This document shows positions 12,566 to 25,506 of a DNA stretch of 64,000 nucleotides, piece by piece. This DNA comes from Tubiluchus corallicola (Eukaryota > Animalia > Priapulida): assembly GCA_030141605.1 (NCBI GenBank), contig JAQGDQ010000117.1:186001-250000 (forward strand), given 5' to 3'. Positions within the stretch are counted from its first letter, which is position 1. Each line of letters begins with the position of its first letter. A program made the translations under genes and the position numbers. The notes under the pieces are model-generated. The model ran no database searches. It worked only from the letters and a program-made list of their open reading frames with translations, and was not told the origin of the DNA.

Positions 12566-14239
12566 TTTTTTTGTACCATATTTATATTTGTAGAGCATGT
12601 ACATGTTCTACAGCTAGATGCATTGCAGTAGCTTAAATCCAAATGATGAAAATTTTTATGTATGGTAATGTAGTTTTTTGGCTGTTATATACCAAATGAT
12701 TAAGTAGTGTGTGAAAGAGCACTGCTAAAATGACTTTAGAAATTCAGTAAATATTATTTTTCAATGTTAGGAATGATTTTGATGTTGTAAAAACTATGAT
12801 GAAACAATCCTAGATGTTTAACAATAAATTCTACTGAAAGTGACATCAGGAATATAGCATTAAGTTCATGAATTATGAGGTCCAGTCTTTCCCTCTAAAA
12901 GTTTTATGATTTCTGAGCATCCGAGAATTTGTTTGTTGGAAATAGGAAACACTACATAAGAAATAGCCGTGCAAGCACTTTTATAGAATGATGAAAAAAC
13001 CATTTTAGTTTTATGGTATTTAGGGATGACAATTTTTTTATCCTTAGGATGATTTTCGCAGCACTGTAGAGTTGACAATAGACAAACATCATGTGTATGC
13101 CCTGTAAATAAGTGATGAAAGTATTGCCGGAACTGCTTATTATTTTTCTTTGTATGACTGGTTGTGTTCTTGCTTTTCACATATTGAACTTACTTTATTG
13201 ATAAAAGTGTTGCTGATTATTTGTCTAACTTGTGGTTATAAGTTTTAACTCAACATGAACAGTGAAGTGAAATACCTACTGGTACCAACATTTTTATAAT
13301 TATTATAAAAAATGTGTGTAGCTGCTTTCTCTTGTCACTTTATGCCAATTTAATTATAAATGTACATTTTTATTTAATGTGTAGTCACAATTGTACCGGT
13401 ATTTTAATTATACATAATATTAACGTGAATACCCATAGCTTAAGACAGCATTCAATAAGCATAGTCAATGGTATTACCTTAGTGTTCATCTTTGCCATAC
13501 CAGTTGTTTTGCATATGTTGCTGAATCTTAATTTAATTTGGTATTTTACTGCTATTGACTTTTTGTGAACTATAACTGTCATTTAATTCATAATATATAC
13601 ATTAAGTATTTATCAGTTGCCCAAAAGTGAATTGAATAGACCTAAAATAGTCTTTAGTTATTTACCAAAGTAGAGAGTCATTGTATGTTTTTTGGCAAAT
13701 TTGGCATGACATGTCAAATTTTCTTTGGTTCTTCTTTGAAGGTGTTTTTATTCCCAAATGAAAATTATTAAAAACATTTAGGAATATTATTTATGTATAC
13801 TGCAAGTGTAGCTAGAACAAGAAACAGTAATAACTAAAACAATTTTAGTGTAATTTGTCATTATTTATTCTCGTATATTATGATGCTCATTTAAGTTAGC
13901 ACTATTATTTAATTAGAGATTATTTTTGCATTTTACATTTTACTTGGATAATTAATTTACGCAGGATTTGTTATTGCTAATGACGTTGTTGCACTTTTAT
14001 GTCAATAAATGTTTTGTACCTTTTTTTGTATAATGTTGTTAAATTCATTTAACTTACTGGCTGGACGATTATTGCATAGTGGTGGTCAGTTCAGCAGAGG
14101 ATAGGCAAATATAAAATTTTGTTACAATGTGTTCAGTGTTGCTCAGCACACTAATTAAGCGCGGCAGTACCCCTTCATTCAATGTATCCCAGTGTTGACT
14201 TATATGTGAGTAAAATCAGCAGTGTTAACAGATCGTTAA

Positions 14240-14640
14240 GTCCATGCATTTCAGAATTGCTGGGATGTTTGAACCTATTTTGTTATGTCACTTGCATATA
14301 GTGGGAGATAATTCATACCATTCAGTAGGCCCAGACAGAGCAGGGATGATTGATTGGACCACAGCCACAAGAATGAGGAATACAAATATTAGATACCAGG
14401 TGGAAAGAGCATATACTAACTTCGACCTGTAAAGATCGAAAATACGTTGGAGTGCATGTGGATAGCAACCTTTCTTTCGACATATATTTTCGAAAAAATA
14501 AAAATTGCAGACGACACCGGTCGTCAACAAAATGTTTAGATTCATGGATAGCCATAATTATGTTTAGAAAGCTATAATTTTTAGTTAGGCTACATCTTGA
14601 ATGTGCATAACTGATATGGGGTTCACAGCACACCTTGCAA
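14240..14640 (-). mobile_element. Highly decayed LINE RT fragment
   Basis: Minus-strand peptides KHFVDD (YVDD-like) and RSKLVYALSTWY (post-RT RS.L.Y...W motif) lie in different frames. Confidence 0.4.
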
Positions 14641-15314
14641 ATCTATCGAGGCAATACACTGAAGTGTCACTGAATCAATCCCAGGTCTAAAGGACATGTA
14701 TGGAATATTCATGCAAGTTGATCATGTAGTTGATATCGCAAGCTTTTTATTGATGTCTGTTTGCTCGCGACTGGGGGTGAAGAGGATTGTGCATATCCAT
14801 GGTATCTACGGTAGGAAGACTACGGTCACTCAGTATCCAATAATTAGAATTTATGAAGTAGAGAACAGATCTGCTACAGACAGATTTACTGCAGTTTAGG
14901 AGACGTCAGAAACATGAAAAGCCACAACAGGAAACCTATAAAAACGTGATAACACCACTAGGCACTCAACATTGTATAAACATAGAGTGGTTAATGAACA
15001 ATTCCCAACCAGTTGGTTGAGGTTCATTGTTAAATGCTTTCAAGTCTACTTTGGCTAAATTTTTCAGTGATAGCCAATACCAGTACACGTGGAATGCATG
15101 AGCTTTGTTCTGCTCACAAACCCATGTGAGGTTTCGGTCACGGAAGTCACAGTGACAGTTTAAAATGAATAGAATGTCTTCCGATAGGTGTCGCAAGAAT
15201 TTTTCTTTCTTTCACATTCATTTTGTGCGAATTCGCTGGGTTTGTAGTCGTCCTCGTTTCACTTCGTTGTTTTAAAAGACCTTGATAAACAGTTAAAATA
15301 TTATCACCAGCAAA

Positions 15315-18300
15315 ATGTCTGAGGATCAACTTGAAACTGAAAATGGAGGTTACGAATATGTAGAGCAAGAAACAAGTGAACCGGCATCAGAAATACAAAC
15401 GTCTGGCGATGCAAATGCAGTGACCATTCAAGATGGCGAAGAAGTAGATGATGAAGATGATAGGTAAGTAGTACTCATATAATTTTATTAAAAAATGTGT
15501 GAGACCGACGCTGCTCAGTTTAGCTCTTTAATTTTGAAGCACAGCAGTGAGTTTAGTGAAATTACGCTATTGCGAGTTTGTTTCCGTTACCGTCGAAGGA
15601 TAGAGCTTAGAGGTTAAGCATAAGGCAGTGACTAAATTTACGGATCCGTATCCGGAACTGAAGCAATTAAAAATATGGATCCGTACTGATACAAATAAAG
15701 ATATTGAAGAGAAATACGGATCGCCGTCAGACATGGGCGGATATCACTTTCTTCTTTATCCGCAACCGCAAAAACCGCGGATTTAGTGAGGTATATATGA
15801 AGTGAATATATATGCGTCTTCCCATTGTAACAGTCCTATCTCACTAATTAGCATTGTTAGTGCTTGAATATTTAATAATATAATAGATTACATAAATTAG
15901 TGTACTTGCTTGACGTTAGTTAATATTTCTACTGATAAATACCTTTAAAAAGAATGTGAATATCCTATTACTGTGCATGCCATTTTAATTATAAAATGTT
16001 TTTTAACTGGAGTGAACAACAACAGTGAACTATTGTCTGCATAGTGGCAACATTATTAGAATTTAATTATTCAGTTAGAACATTTTTTACAAAATGCAAA
16101 ATTCTAAAAGATTATTTTTGAAGTATCAAAGTGCTTTACTGCATTACCAAATAAGCATTCTGCAGTCACAGTGCTCAAAATTTTTTTGACAGGGTCATGG
16201 GTCAAAACGCTTCAAACCCTTCAGTATAGTTAAATATTGAGCCATGTCGTTATAATTACGTAAGTAATACTATAAGCCGAGCAAGTAATACTGGCACGTT
16301 ATAATATTCACAGCATAAATTGTTTGGCAACAGGTGCACGTAACAGTTTAGCAGCTCTTATACCTACTGTATATCACATAAAAACTAAAAAATTTTGCTA
16401 TGTTCGACAAGTCAAACTAAGGAAAAATACAGTTTAGTAGGTTAACACATTCACAAAACTCTATAGAAAAAATACATGCTAGTAGGTCATCATATTACAA
16501 CACTCTAAGAAATTCATAACACGCTAAGATTTAAACTCTTGCTAACTGGCCTACTACACATCAAAATACTAACGTTTTTTGTAACAGCAAAAAAATAAAT
16601 TAAACAAATGTCGTACATCGTAAAAATTGTCAAAATCCGTATGTTTTGTAAATGTCACAAAATGCACGGATCTGTATATGTTGCAAAAATAGGTACAAAT
16701 ACGGATCCGTATTCGATATCGCAGAAAAAGCGAGTATGGATCCGTACCTCTAGCCACTTCCTAAGCATAAACAGGTTGTGGACCTCTCCACTCTTCCTTG
16801 TTTACTTTACAAAAAATAAAAATGAAAAAATAGGTGTGTGGCATGAAGTGTGGCACAAGATTTCCTGTTGCCATTGTGGTAACCTGAGATCTATATGTTT
16901 TTCTGGATTGCATTTCCAGTGTCTATCGAGACAAATCTTAAACTGGGCAGGATTGGAGGCTTGAACTACAGTGTCAGGCAGCATGTTCCATTCATTACTT
17001 AATCGCCTTGCAAATGTAAACCTTCTCCTGCTCCACCTTTGGGAACTGTTCTCTTCTTAATTTTGTAGCAGTGACCTCTGGTACCATGATATGTCTGTCG
17101 ATGGAAAAATATTTTGCTGTTGATGATTTCTGTATCTTTAATGATACGAAATGTTTGAATTAAGTCTTGTCTTTTGCGTCAATACTTCAGTATGCACTTT
17201 TATGCGAAAAGTGCATTGCATTATAGCTTACATTATTATAGGATTCTTAAACTAGTTTCATGGGTGATAGATGAGCAAAATTATGGATCATCGTCAAGTC
17301 TACACATTAATATTAAGTAATATAATTTACCAAATTAGGGACCACAAACACATCTTAGGTATCAACTAATATAATAGGATGAACTATAATAGACATATTA
17401 TAAATCTGAATCTACACAGAACCTCATTTTCATAATGATTTTCGAATCGGTTCGAATCCAAATCTCAATTTAAAATAATTTTCGAAACCGAATCGAACTC
17501 GAATCTCAATTTTTTAGATTGTTCTTTCAACCGAATCTTTTTTAATTCTATGCAGCTTTCAACCTAATTATAGCAGATTGGTAAGACAGCAATGTTTTTA
17601 AGAAGATTATAGATGACCTGAGCCTGTCTGAGCTGCACGTTTGACAGTAATTCTGCAATAATAAAGACTATAGATGATCTAATCATTTTGGGACAAAGTC
17701 CGATGACAAAAAAGCACAGCCGTTTATGTCTCATCGTGTGTTATTAGCGAAACCACGTTCTGTCAAAGTAATACGAGAAATCTTAGTATTTTTGTTGAGA
17801 CTAGCAGTTAAAATCATAATACGATGCTTGTGTAGGGTGCCGAGTAACCCACTAGCCGAAGTAGGACACTTCCGGTAAAATCCATGCACTAAATTTACGG
17901 AAAAGCAGTGTCGTACATGGGCAGCCCAAGTAGGGCACTGGCGATTTTGGTCGAGAATCAAGAATTATGATAACATAACAAAACGTTAAACTAAATTTGT
18001 TTTACGGAAAAAGTAACTTTATAATAATAATGGATTATTTATATAATAATGATGGATGACAATTTACAAAATTAATGTATTTTTATGACGGTATCATCAG
18101 TATTATTAGCTCCATTAAAATCATCATAACATTAAACTAAGTATCTAATGCTTTAAAGAGAGAAATTATGCAAATAGTTATTACAGAACTAATTGCAAGT
18201 TTAAAAATGAGACAGATGCTGTTCACAACAGGAAAAAGTATTTTTTAACTTTTTAGGAAAAGCAACATTTAGGAATATCAACAACATTAATATCGAAGCC

Positions 18301-21300
18301 TAATTTAATATTGTCAGTTCTACCAGCTCAGAATAAAGTTCTTTTATTTTGTCAGATGTATAATAAATTATTCAACATGCATTGACGTTTTTAATTATTA
18401 TTATTATTACATAAACAAGAAAAACGGATCGTGCCAGTATGCTTAAGAACTCAATTTGCCACCTGTCTCTAGTGTCCTGCTTGGGCAGCCCATGTACGAC
18501 GCATCCTACTTGGGCTAGTGGGTTACTCTGCGCCAACAGCGCATTTTTGCTTAGGATTTCATGAGTTGGACATGTGCTGAAATTGAGTATGGCGACATAT
18601 GCGTATTTCAAAATGGGCAAGATTATCAAAAAGCAGCGATTTCAGGATTTTGCTGAACATTTGAAAGGTATTTGAGCGTATAATGCTTTTGTAATAAAGC
18701 GCTACCGAATCGACTCTGTAGCCAAAGCTAAACCGGATTTTTTTCAAATGTCTCTGCGGAATCTGGTCGGATCTAAAGTAACTTCGAGCGTCGGCAAATC
18801 GATTCGGTTTCGAAGCTCCGGTTCTGTCAGAGCTTCGTGACATCCCTAATCTATAACGATATGCCAGGCTGCATGTTAGTAGTACATTGTATGACAACTG
18901 ATAATTTTACAAAGCACAAGTACTGAAAACACCTGAAGGCATTTTTGTTTCTTTTAGAAAATTGTTTGTTGGCGGCTTGAGTTGGGAAACTACGCAGCAA
19001 AACGTAAAAGATTATTTTTCAAAGTTTGGGGAGGTTACGCAATGTATTGTGAAGACAGATCCAAACACAGGGAGGTCAAGAGGATTTGGTTTTGTTGTTT
19101 TTAAAGACAAATCTGTGCTTGACGTTGTGAGTACTATTCTATACAACTATTTTTTAAAGATTGGATATTACATAAAAAATATTATTAAGCTGTACTCACT
19201 TGCCAAATTTTATTAGCCTGCAAAGTCTTTTAATCAGAGAAGTATAAATAATTACCTTAGGTTTTCATTTTTAATTTCTTGCTGTCAGAAAGTACTGGCT
19301 GTTACACCACTTGTTCGTGCAAAATACATCATGATTTGTCAAATTTATCATCGGTCATGATTGTAATATTCACTGTAATGGGCATGGCATCAACCACCTA
19401 AAGGGGGTTAAATGCTAAGCCTAATGAAATTTGTTAAGAATTAGATTAACTTTAGTGCATGGTGTTTAATTGTTAGTTGTATTGCTGAGTGAATTAATAA
19501 GTATATCAGTTGTCAGTATTACTTTGTGCAGATTTTCTTGTTGTCTTTAAGGATAGTTGGTGAAATTGTTATTGTCATTAAAGCATGCCATTTAAACTTG
19601 CCAGAGCTGTATATTTGAATAAATGACTTTTGTAAAAATATTTACTTAATTAGGTTATGCAAGCTTCGCACTCACTGAACGGAAAAAAAATTGATCCTAA
19701 AAGAGCAAACAAACGACCCGGACGCGAAGCCTTGAAGAAAGTGTTTGTTGGTGGAGTTGATCCAGATACAGCAGAAGAAACCCTACGGGAATATTTTCAA
19801 AAATTTGGAAAGGTACCGTACTGCTAAAGGAAATATTCGTTCATTACTGAGCTATCCTGAAAAAAACCTTTTTTCACAGACAGTGGCGGATTATGATTTT
19901 ATGGGCTTGAGCTTGGAACGGGCCTTTTAAATGTTGCTACACTGCTGAGCTGACGTGTTTTTGTGGAGCTCTCGTCGTTTGTAAGTTTGTTTAATTTTGT
20001 GAGTTTTTGCCCACCGATTGTGATAAAAATTATATCTTCTTGATCCTTGAGTTGTGGACTAGGACTATATAAACACGATTACAGCTTGGTGAGTTTCTGG
20101 GTTAGATGTCAACTAAAATAAGCCAATCAGAAACTCTGAAAGTAACTTTAGTTTCTTACTAATTTGCAGTGGGGAACGATCATTCTCTGCTCTGAAAAGG
20201 ATAAAAACTTATTTACGGTCATCTCTAAAGGATGACAAATTAAACAATTTATCACTGATGCATATTGAGTCAGATATGTTGAAAAAAAATGGACTTTTTA
20301 GGAATTATAACTGACTTTGCCCCCAGAAAAATTCGGAAACTGAAATTTTGAACTTAAACTTAAACTGTGTAAACGTGAATTGTGTAAACTTAAATTGTGT
20401 AAACTTGATTTGTGCAACCCGATTTGAAATATAGTGACTGACTTTTGAAAAAAAACTTTTTTCTATATTTTATTTTGGCGGGCCCCTTGCTCTTTTGTCA
20501 ATTTATATTTTTTTACAAAAAATTTTTTTTTTTCGTTTTATTTAGCCGGGCCCCTTTTGATCCCGGGCCTTAGGCTTCAGCCTATAGGGCTATCCGCTAC
20601 AGTTCACAGACCCGTCTTAGCGCGTAGCATGACATTACCTTTACAGTCTTGCTGCGTAAGATAAAGTTTATGATATTGAAGTTTTTTTATAATTTTTTAA
20701 AATTTGCTAATAAATTACTTTTTTATTAAGAAAATGACAGTCACACTTGATGCTTAGTATACTAATTGGTTTCACAAGTATATGGGGATGTGTCTCCATA
20801 TAAATTAGTCTGTTCCCAATTTTTTTCAATGTGTAGAGCAGATCTTATACAAAGTTAGATTTTGTACAGTAATTTCACAACATTACGTAGCTTATATTTC
20901 TACTTTGGCTTTTTCTGCCTAGTTGGTACTTAATATCAGATTTGGCATTTGAATCACTTTCATAAAAACTCATAGGCATCTAAACACATGAGTAAACTGA
21001 GTGGTTTAAAACTAGCATTCTCTAGTGAGGATGTCATTAGCATTGTGGCGCCCTCATAGTAACGCACGATCGAAATTGTTTTGTGATTTACGATTTAACT
21101 ACTACTCTGACAATCACGCTAATTTAATTTACCCTGTACATACTCTTATGACAGTTTTGTGTAATAATTTCTGCCTCTGGCAGAATTTCTGGAAGGACAC
21201 CTTTAAATTTGCTGAATGAGTATAATCATTAACACAGCTTACTTTCACATATTACGTGTATTTTTACAAATAGATTGCTATTACTATGCCATTGATTGGT

Positions 21301-24300
21301 ATTGTTTTTATAAACCAACAGAATTATTTGCTGAAACATACTTTCATTCATATTCTTTTTTGAAACAGTACTAATCAGAATGCCATTAAAGTTTTACACT
21401 TACAAGTTACAATACATTTGTGTTGCATTATTGTTTGAACTTGTAGTCTATGTTTGTGTGAATGACAGGATGTGAATGAAACAGAATGTGAGTGCCCGTG
21501 TACAGAGACAGGGGAATAGTGTTCATTCAAAATTTGTTTTCAATTGTGCCATTGCGTTTAATATGGCAGTCAGGATAGCTCGGTATGTAAAATGCAAATT
21601 GGTGTCATATTCTCTGTAGCAATGGCATATGCAAGTGTATATTCAGTATAATAATTGGCTAAATTGTGTTCCAATGCGATTCCTTGCTCTGCTTATTAAT
21701 CATTACAATTTTTCTGGAGGCTTGCCATCTTCTACATTGTCTGCATGCTTGCATATTCATGTATGTGCCATGGCTACCCTAGTTTAATTGTTTATGTGTA
21801 GGTTTGACATAACGTAATTTTTTTCTTTCACAGATTTTTAGAAAATAACACACGATTAATAGTACCTTGCACTTCGTAACTTTCTTAATTATTTAATGAT
21901 TTATTTCATTTCTGTATTTTTGAATAATGCTGATTTTTAAATTTCAGTGTGAATGTGCATAATATTGACTATCAAACTCTGTGAATTTTATGGTAAATTA
22001 GGTTTTGTGTAAACAATTTCTGTTTGAACGTGAATCTCTCTATTTCTGTTAAAAGGAACTGCTGAGGAGTTACTATTAGCATCTGTACATCAAGCTAACC
22101 TTACTTTTGCAGATACTGCACAGCGCTATAATGCCTGAGCGCTTGACCATACACAGAAGCTGAAGGCCGTAGATAGGTACCAACATGCTTGGTAAACAGC
22201 CATGATTTATATTCTCAGGCATACTCTGTAAAATCTCTTACCATCTTTAAACTGTGACGTAATGTGCCTGTGAACTTTGGAATTGTTTAGTATCATGAGT
22301 GTTTAAAGTCGTAGCCTTGTGCCTTTTAAATTTTGTTTCAGAGCGTCAATCTGTCGAGTTAACTTGATCATCGTGGTAAGCGTTATCTATCTTGGTGAAG
22401 AGTGATCATCGTGGTAACAGACTTGTCTCTGCTGAGGTTGTAATTGTGACGTGTCTAACTTAAAAATAACAACTTATTTGTAAAAATTTTGCATATGAAT
22501 AAAAACGTATGTTGTGATTTCAGATTGCAGAATTAGCATTGCCAATTGACAAAATAAAGAATCAGCGCAGAAACTTTATTTTTGTCATGTTTGAAACAGA
22601 AGAAGGTGCTCGACAAGCTACAAAGGAGTTAAAACACAAAATAGGTGGCAAAGAGGTTAGTAAATTACAAAAAATGAGTTTTACCAATATTTTAATACTT
22701 TCGTATATTCGTGAGTTTGTTTATGTTGCGATTTTATAACTTGTGATTTTTTAATGACATCTCTTAATTTCAGGTCGATGTTAAAATTGCCACTCAGAAA
22801 ACTCAAGATCAGCAGCAAGGAGGTTGGGGTTGGGGTGGTGGTGGAGGACGTGGCGGACGTGGTAGAGGTGGTGAAAGAGGGTGGGCAGGTGGCCGAGGCG
22901 GAACTCGTGGAGGGCGTGGTCGAGGTGGTGCGGCTAGTGGTTCAGGTAATACATTCGTGCTTTGGTTTTAGGCCTTCTTTACAAATACTTTGGTGTTGAA
23001 TTATTGAAATATAAGAGTGTTTAATTCTGCTTATTATAATTCTCGATTATTATGATAATACATGTATTATTTTCTGATTTTTCGTTAGGTTGGGGCAATC
23101 AAGGCTGGAATGGCAGTGGCTACGATAGTTATAACTATGGAGGTAGTGGTTATGGAAACTACGATTATAGTAATTACTATGGAAACTATGGCGGGTGAGT
23201 GTAATAAAAATTAGGACATTAACTTAGATTATTCATAACAACAAAAGAAGTATTTTTCTTCAGAAACTCATTCCTCACAGACTTCACCAGCTGTAAAGAG
23301 ATATACAGTATTTAAATTATAGGTATAGACAAAATGAATTGAGGGTATAGTGTCATTAAAATAAAAGAACACTTGTGGGTTATTAGCTGTTTTACAGCAT
23401 CTGATAAGACATTTCAGAATCCACAAGTCATATATTATTTTAATTTAGTGACACTGTATACCTTCATTTCTTTTTTATGATGATTTTATCTGTAGTTTGT
23501 CTTGTAATTATAATGCTGTATCTCTCTATACAGCTGATGACGTCCATGAGGGAAGAAGTTTTTGAAGAGAAACAATTTTTTGAGACATAAATAGCATTCT
23601 GAGTTCTTTTTCTTTTGAGACTTTTGGCAAGTCTCAGAGGAGTACTATCTTATTTTCAAGCTAGGCTATTTACTTTGTCTTTATCCAATGATATTAAATT
23701 ATTTCTTTTTAGTTATTTTGTTTGGCATCTCTTAAATGATTATTGGTTGTGTGTCTAACTTTTGGTTTAATGACCCTATCACATTCAACTCTGCTTAAGT
23801 CTTATGTCAATGAAATAAAAACTGTCTACGCGTCAGTGAAATGCTAGTTGGATATATATGAATATATACATACACTGCTGTTTACGTATGCATGTTTTTT
23901 GGTATTTGAAATCTAGAGTTAACTATTCTGTTGTTAGCGGCTTTCATTGTATTACTGTTACTAGTTACTAATTGTAATTCGTTCCTTTACGTTTCATGTG
24001 CAAGGTATTTTTTAGTTCCAGCCTATTTAGTTTTTTTGTTAACAGGTATCCACAAACGTATGACTATAGTAGTTGGGGTCAAGGTTATGATCAGAGTGGG
24101 TATGGTCAAGGATATGGCGGCTATGGAGGTATGTTTATTTTGGTTGCACCATCAGTTTTTATATCAGTTCTTGCTTATAAAAGTTAAATATAAATATGCA
24201 ATGTTATTGAACCATTCGTCCATTCATCCGTTTATTAAAGTTTTGGCTGCCGTTCACTCATTTTGCTTTAAAAGGTGGCCTTTGGAGCTATGAGCTTTTT

Positions 24301-24569
24301 ATTTGATCTTAGTTAGAGTTTGTCCTGGTTTTTGTAGTACACTTACGTTTTGCAAAATTAATGCCATATAGTTAAATGTTCATGGTTTTTATGCTAAAAA
24401 TTATTTCAGCTGCCTATTCAGTAACTATATAACTGTATATAACAAAATATGTATTCTTTCAGGAGGATACGATTATAGTGGATGGAGTGGATATGGAGGA
24501 GGTGATCAAAGTGGTTATGGGAAAGCCAAACCAGCTAGGGGAGGAGCAGGTGGTTACAAACCATACTGA
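15315..24569 (+). CDS. hnRNP D/A-B (AUF1/squid-like) two-RRM RNA-binding protein, 8 coding exons, 358 aa
   Basis: Exons 15315-15463, 18958-19126, 19654-19812, 22524-22655, 22774-22945, 23089-23194, 24046-24128 and 24463-24569 total 1077 nt in frame, all GT-AG. Acidic N-terminus; RRM1 RKLFVGGLSWET...RSRGFGFVVF; RRM2 KKVFVGGV...RNFIFVMF; RGG box; G/Y-rich tail. The C-terminus YGKAKPARGGAGGYKPY* resembles the PY-NLS ending of hnRNP D/AB. Confidence 0.93.
15624..16761. mobile_element. Non-autonomous DNA transposon with 9-bp TSD and palindromic subterminal motifs
   Basis: Exact TSD taagcataa at 15615-15623 and 16762-16770. Imperfect TIR ggcagtgactaaatttacggatccgta versus tatggatccgtacctctagccacttcc. 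Several (t)acggatccgta-like motifs cluster at both ends. Confidence 0.8.
16771..17190 (-). mobile_element. CR1-type LINE 3' fragment
   Basis: Minus-strand GTRGHCYKI...FARRLSNEWNMLPDTVVQASNPAQFKICLDRHW fits the CR1 ORF2 end (TRGH..K...WN.LP..VV.A.....FK..LD..W). Confidence 0.8.
17834..18535. mobile_element. MITE with long inverted termini
   Basis: gagtaacccactagccgaagtagga and gtcgtacatgggcagcccaagtagggcact (17842-17939) are inverted at 18471-18528. Confidence 0.7.
19881..20602. mobile_element. hAT-like MITE with 8-bp TSD
   Basis: TSD ttcacaga at 19873-19880 and 20603-20610. TIR cagtggcggat versus atccgctacag (2 mismatches). gggccc subterminal motifs and an internal tandem of about 16 bp (ttgtgtaaac) near 20365-20420. 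Confidence 0.8.
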
Positions 24570-24591
24570 GGAAAACATTCCACTTTAATAG

Positions 24592-25506
24592 GTATAGTTT
24601 TTAATCAAGATATTTATCTAAATCTAAAAGACATCGTAACTTCTGAGCATTTGTTCTTGGTAGTGGTATACGATGCTGAGTGAAAAGGTGTGCATATTTT
24701 TTGTGGTATCAGACAGGAGCTGATCAACATTTGTCAGTATCTTGAAATTTAGCTTCTTTATGTCTTTGTGTTTGAAAGTTGTTTTTTTTTAAAACAGCCT
24801 CTGAAATATTTGTTTTTTCACAACTAGTGGTGCTGTGTTGCTCACTATAATAATCTGGTGTCTGGTGTAACAACTTTTACGTTATTACTGCTCTAGTGCA
24901 GCTGCTGAGGTGTCTCCCTAATGTAATGTGGCTCTTAACTAGATAATGGAAACCTGCTACTGCTTAATTGCATTTATGGGAACCATGCATTTGAGGGAGG
25001 CATCTATTTTTGATATTCTTTTCACTCCTAATAACATGTAGTGATTATACTTACGTGTCGGAGCATCATTTTTGTGTGATAAAAGAGGATTGCAGGCGAA
25101 CGTCTTTGAACCGCCTACTTTGGGATTGCAAAAAGTTGGCATCATAGCGAGTTTGGCATTATAACGAGTTGCATGAATATATACATGTCTACACAAATGT
25201 AGACATTTTGTTTTGTCAAAAATTTGAGCGCTGAACGAGGTTGGCATTATAAGGGGGGGGGGGGGCGTTAGCATGAGGTATAATACCAAATCTGTGCATC
25301 AAACTGAAGTGTTCAGAGTTAATCTTAAGGAGCTGTCCTTATTAAGTTTTTTTAGCTATTGCAATAGTGTCTGTTACTTTATTATACAAGTGCATTGTGT
25401 TTTGCTAGTGTTTCTTTTAAGCTTTTTTGATTATGTCTTGCTTGACCCAATTTTGCTTTTCCTTCTGTGTTATTCAGTCACTCATTTAATTGCATTTTTC
25501 TTTCAG
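24592..25506 (+). other. Predicted 3'UTR intron of the hnRNP gene
   Basis: Donor TAG|gtatag lies 22 nt after the stop codon. A strong acceptor with long pyrimidine tract (gcatttttctttcag|) ends at 25506. It is followed by a U-rich 3'UTR with AATAAA at 26603. Confidence 0.7.

Noticed and set aside
23531-23605. C/D box snoRNA in hnRNP intron 6 (TGATGA ... CTGA about 65 nt apart)
   Set aside because: The C box lacks the leading purine, the terminal stem is very weak, and I recognise no rRNA or snRNA complement. A snoscan or Infernal search would be needed.
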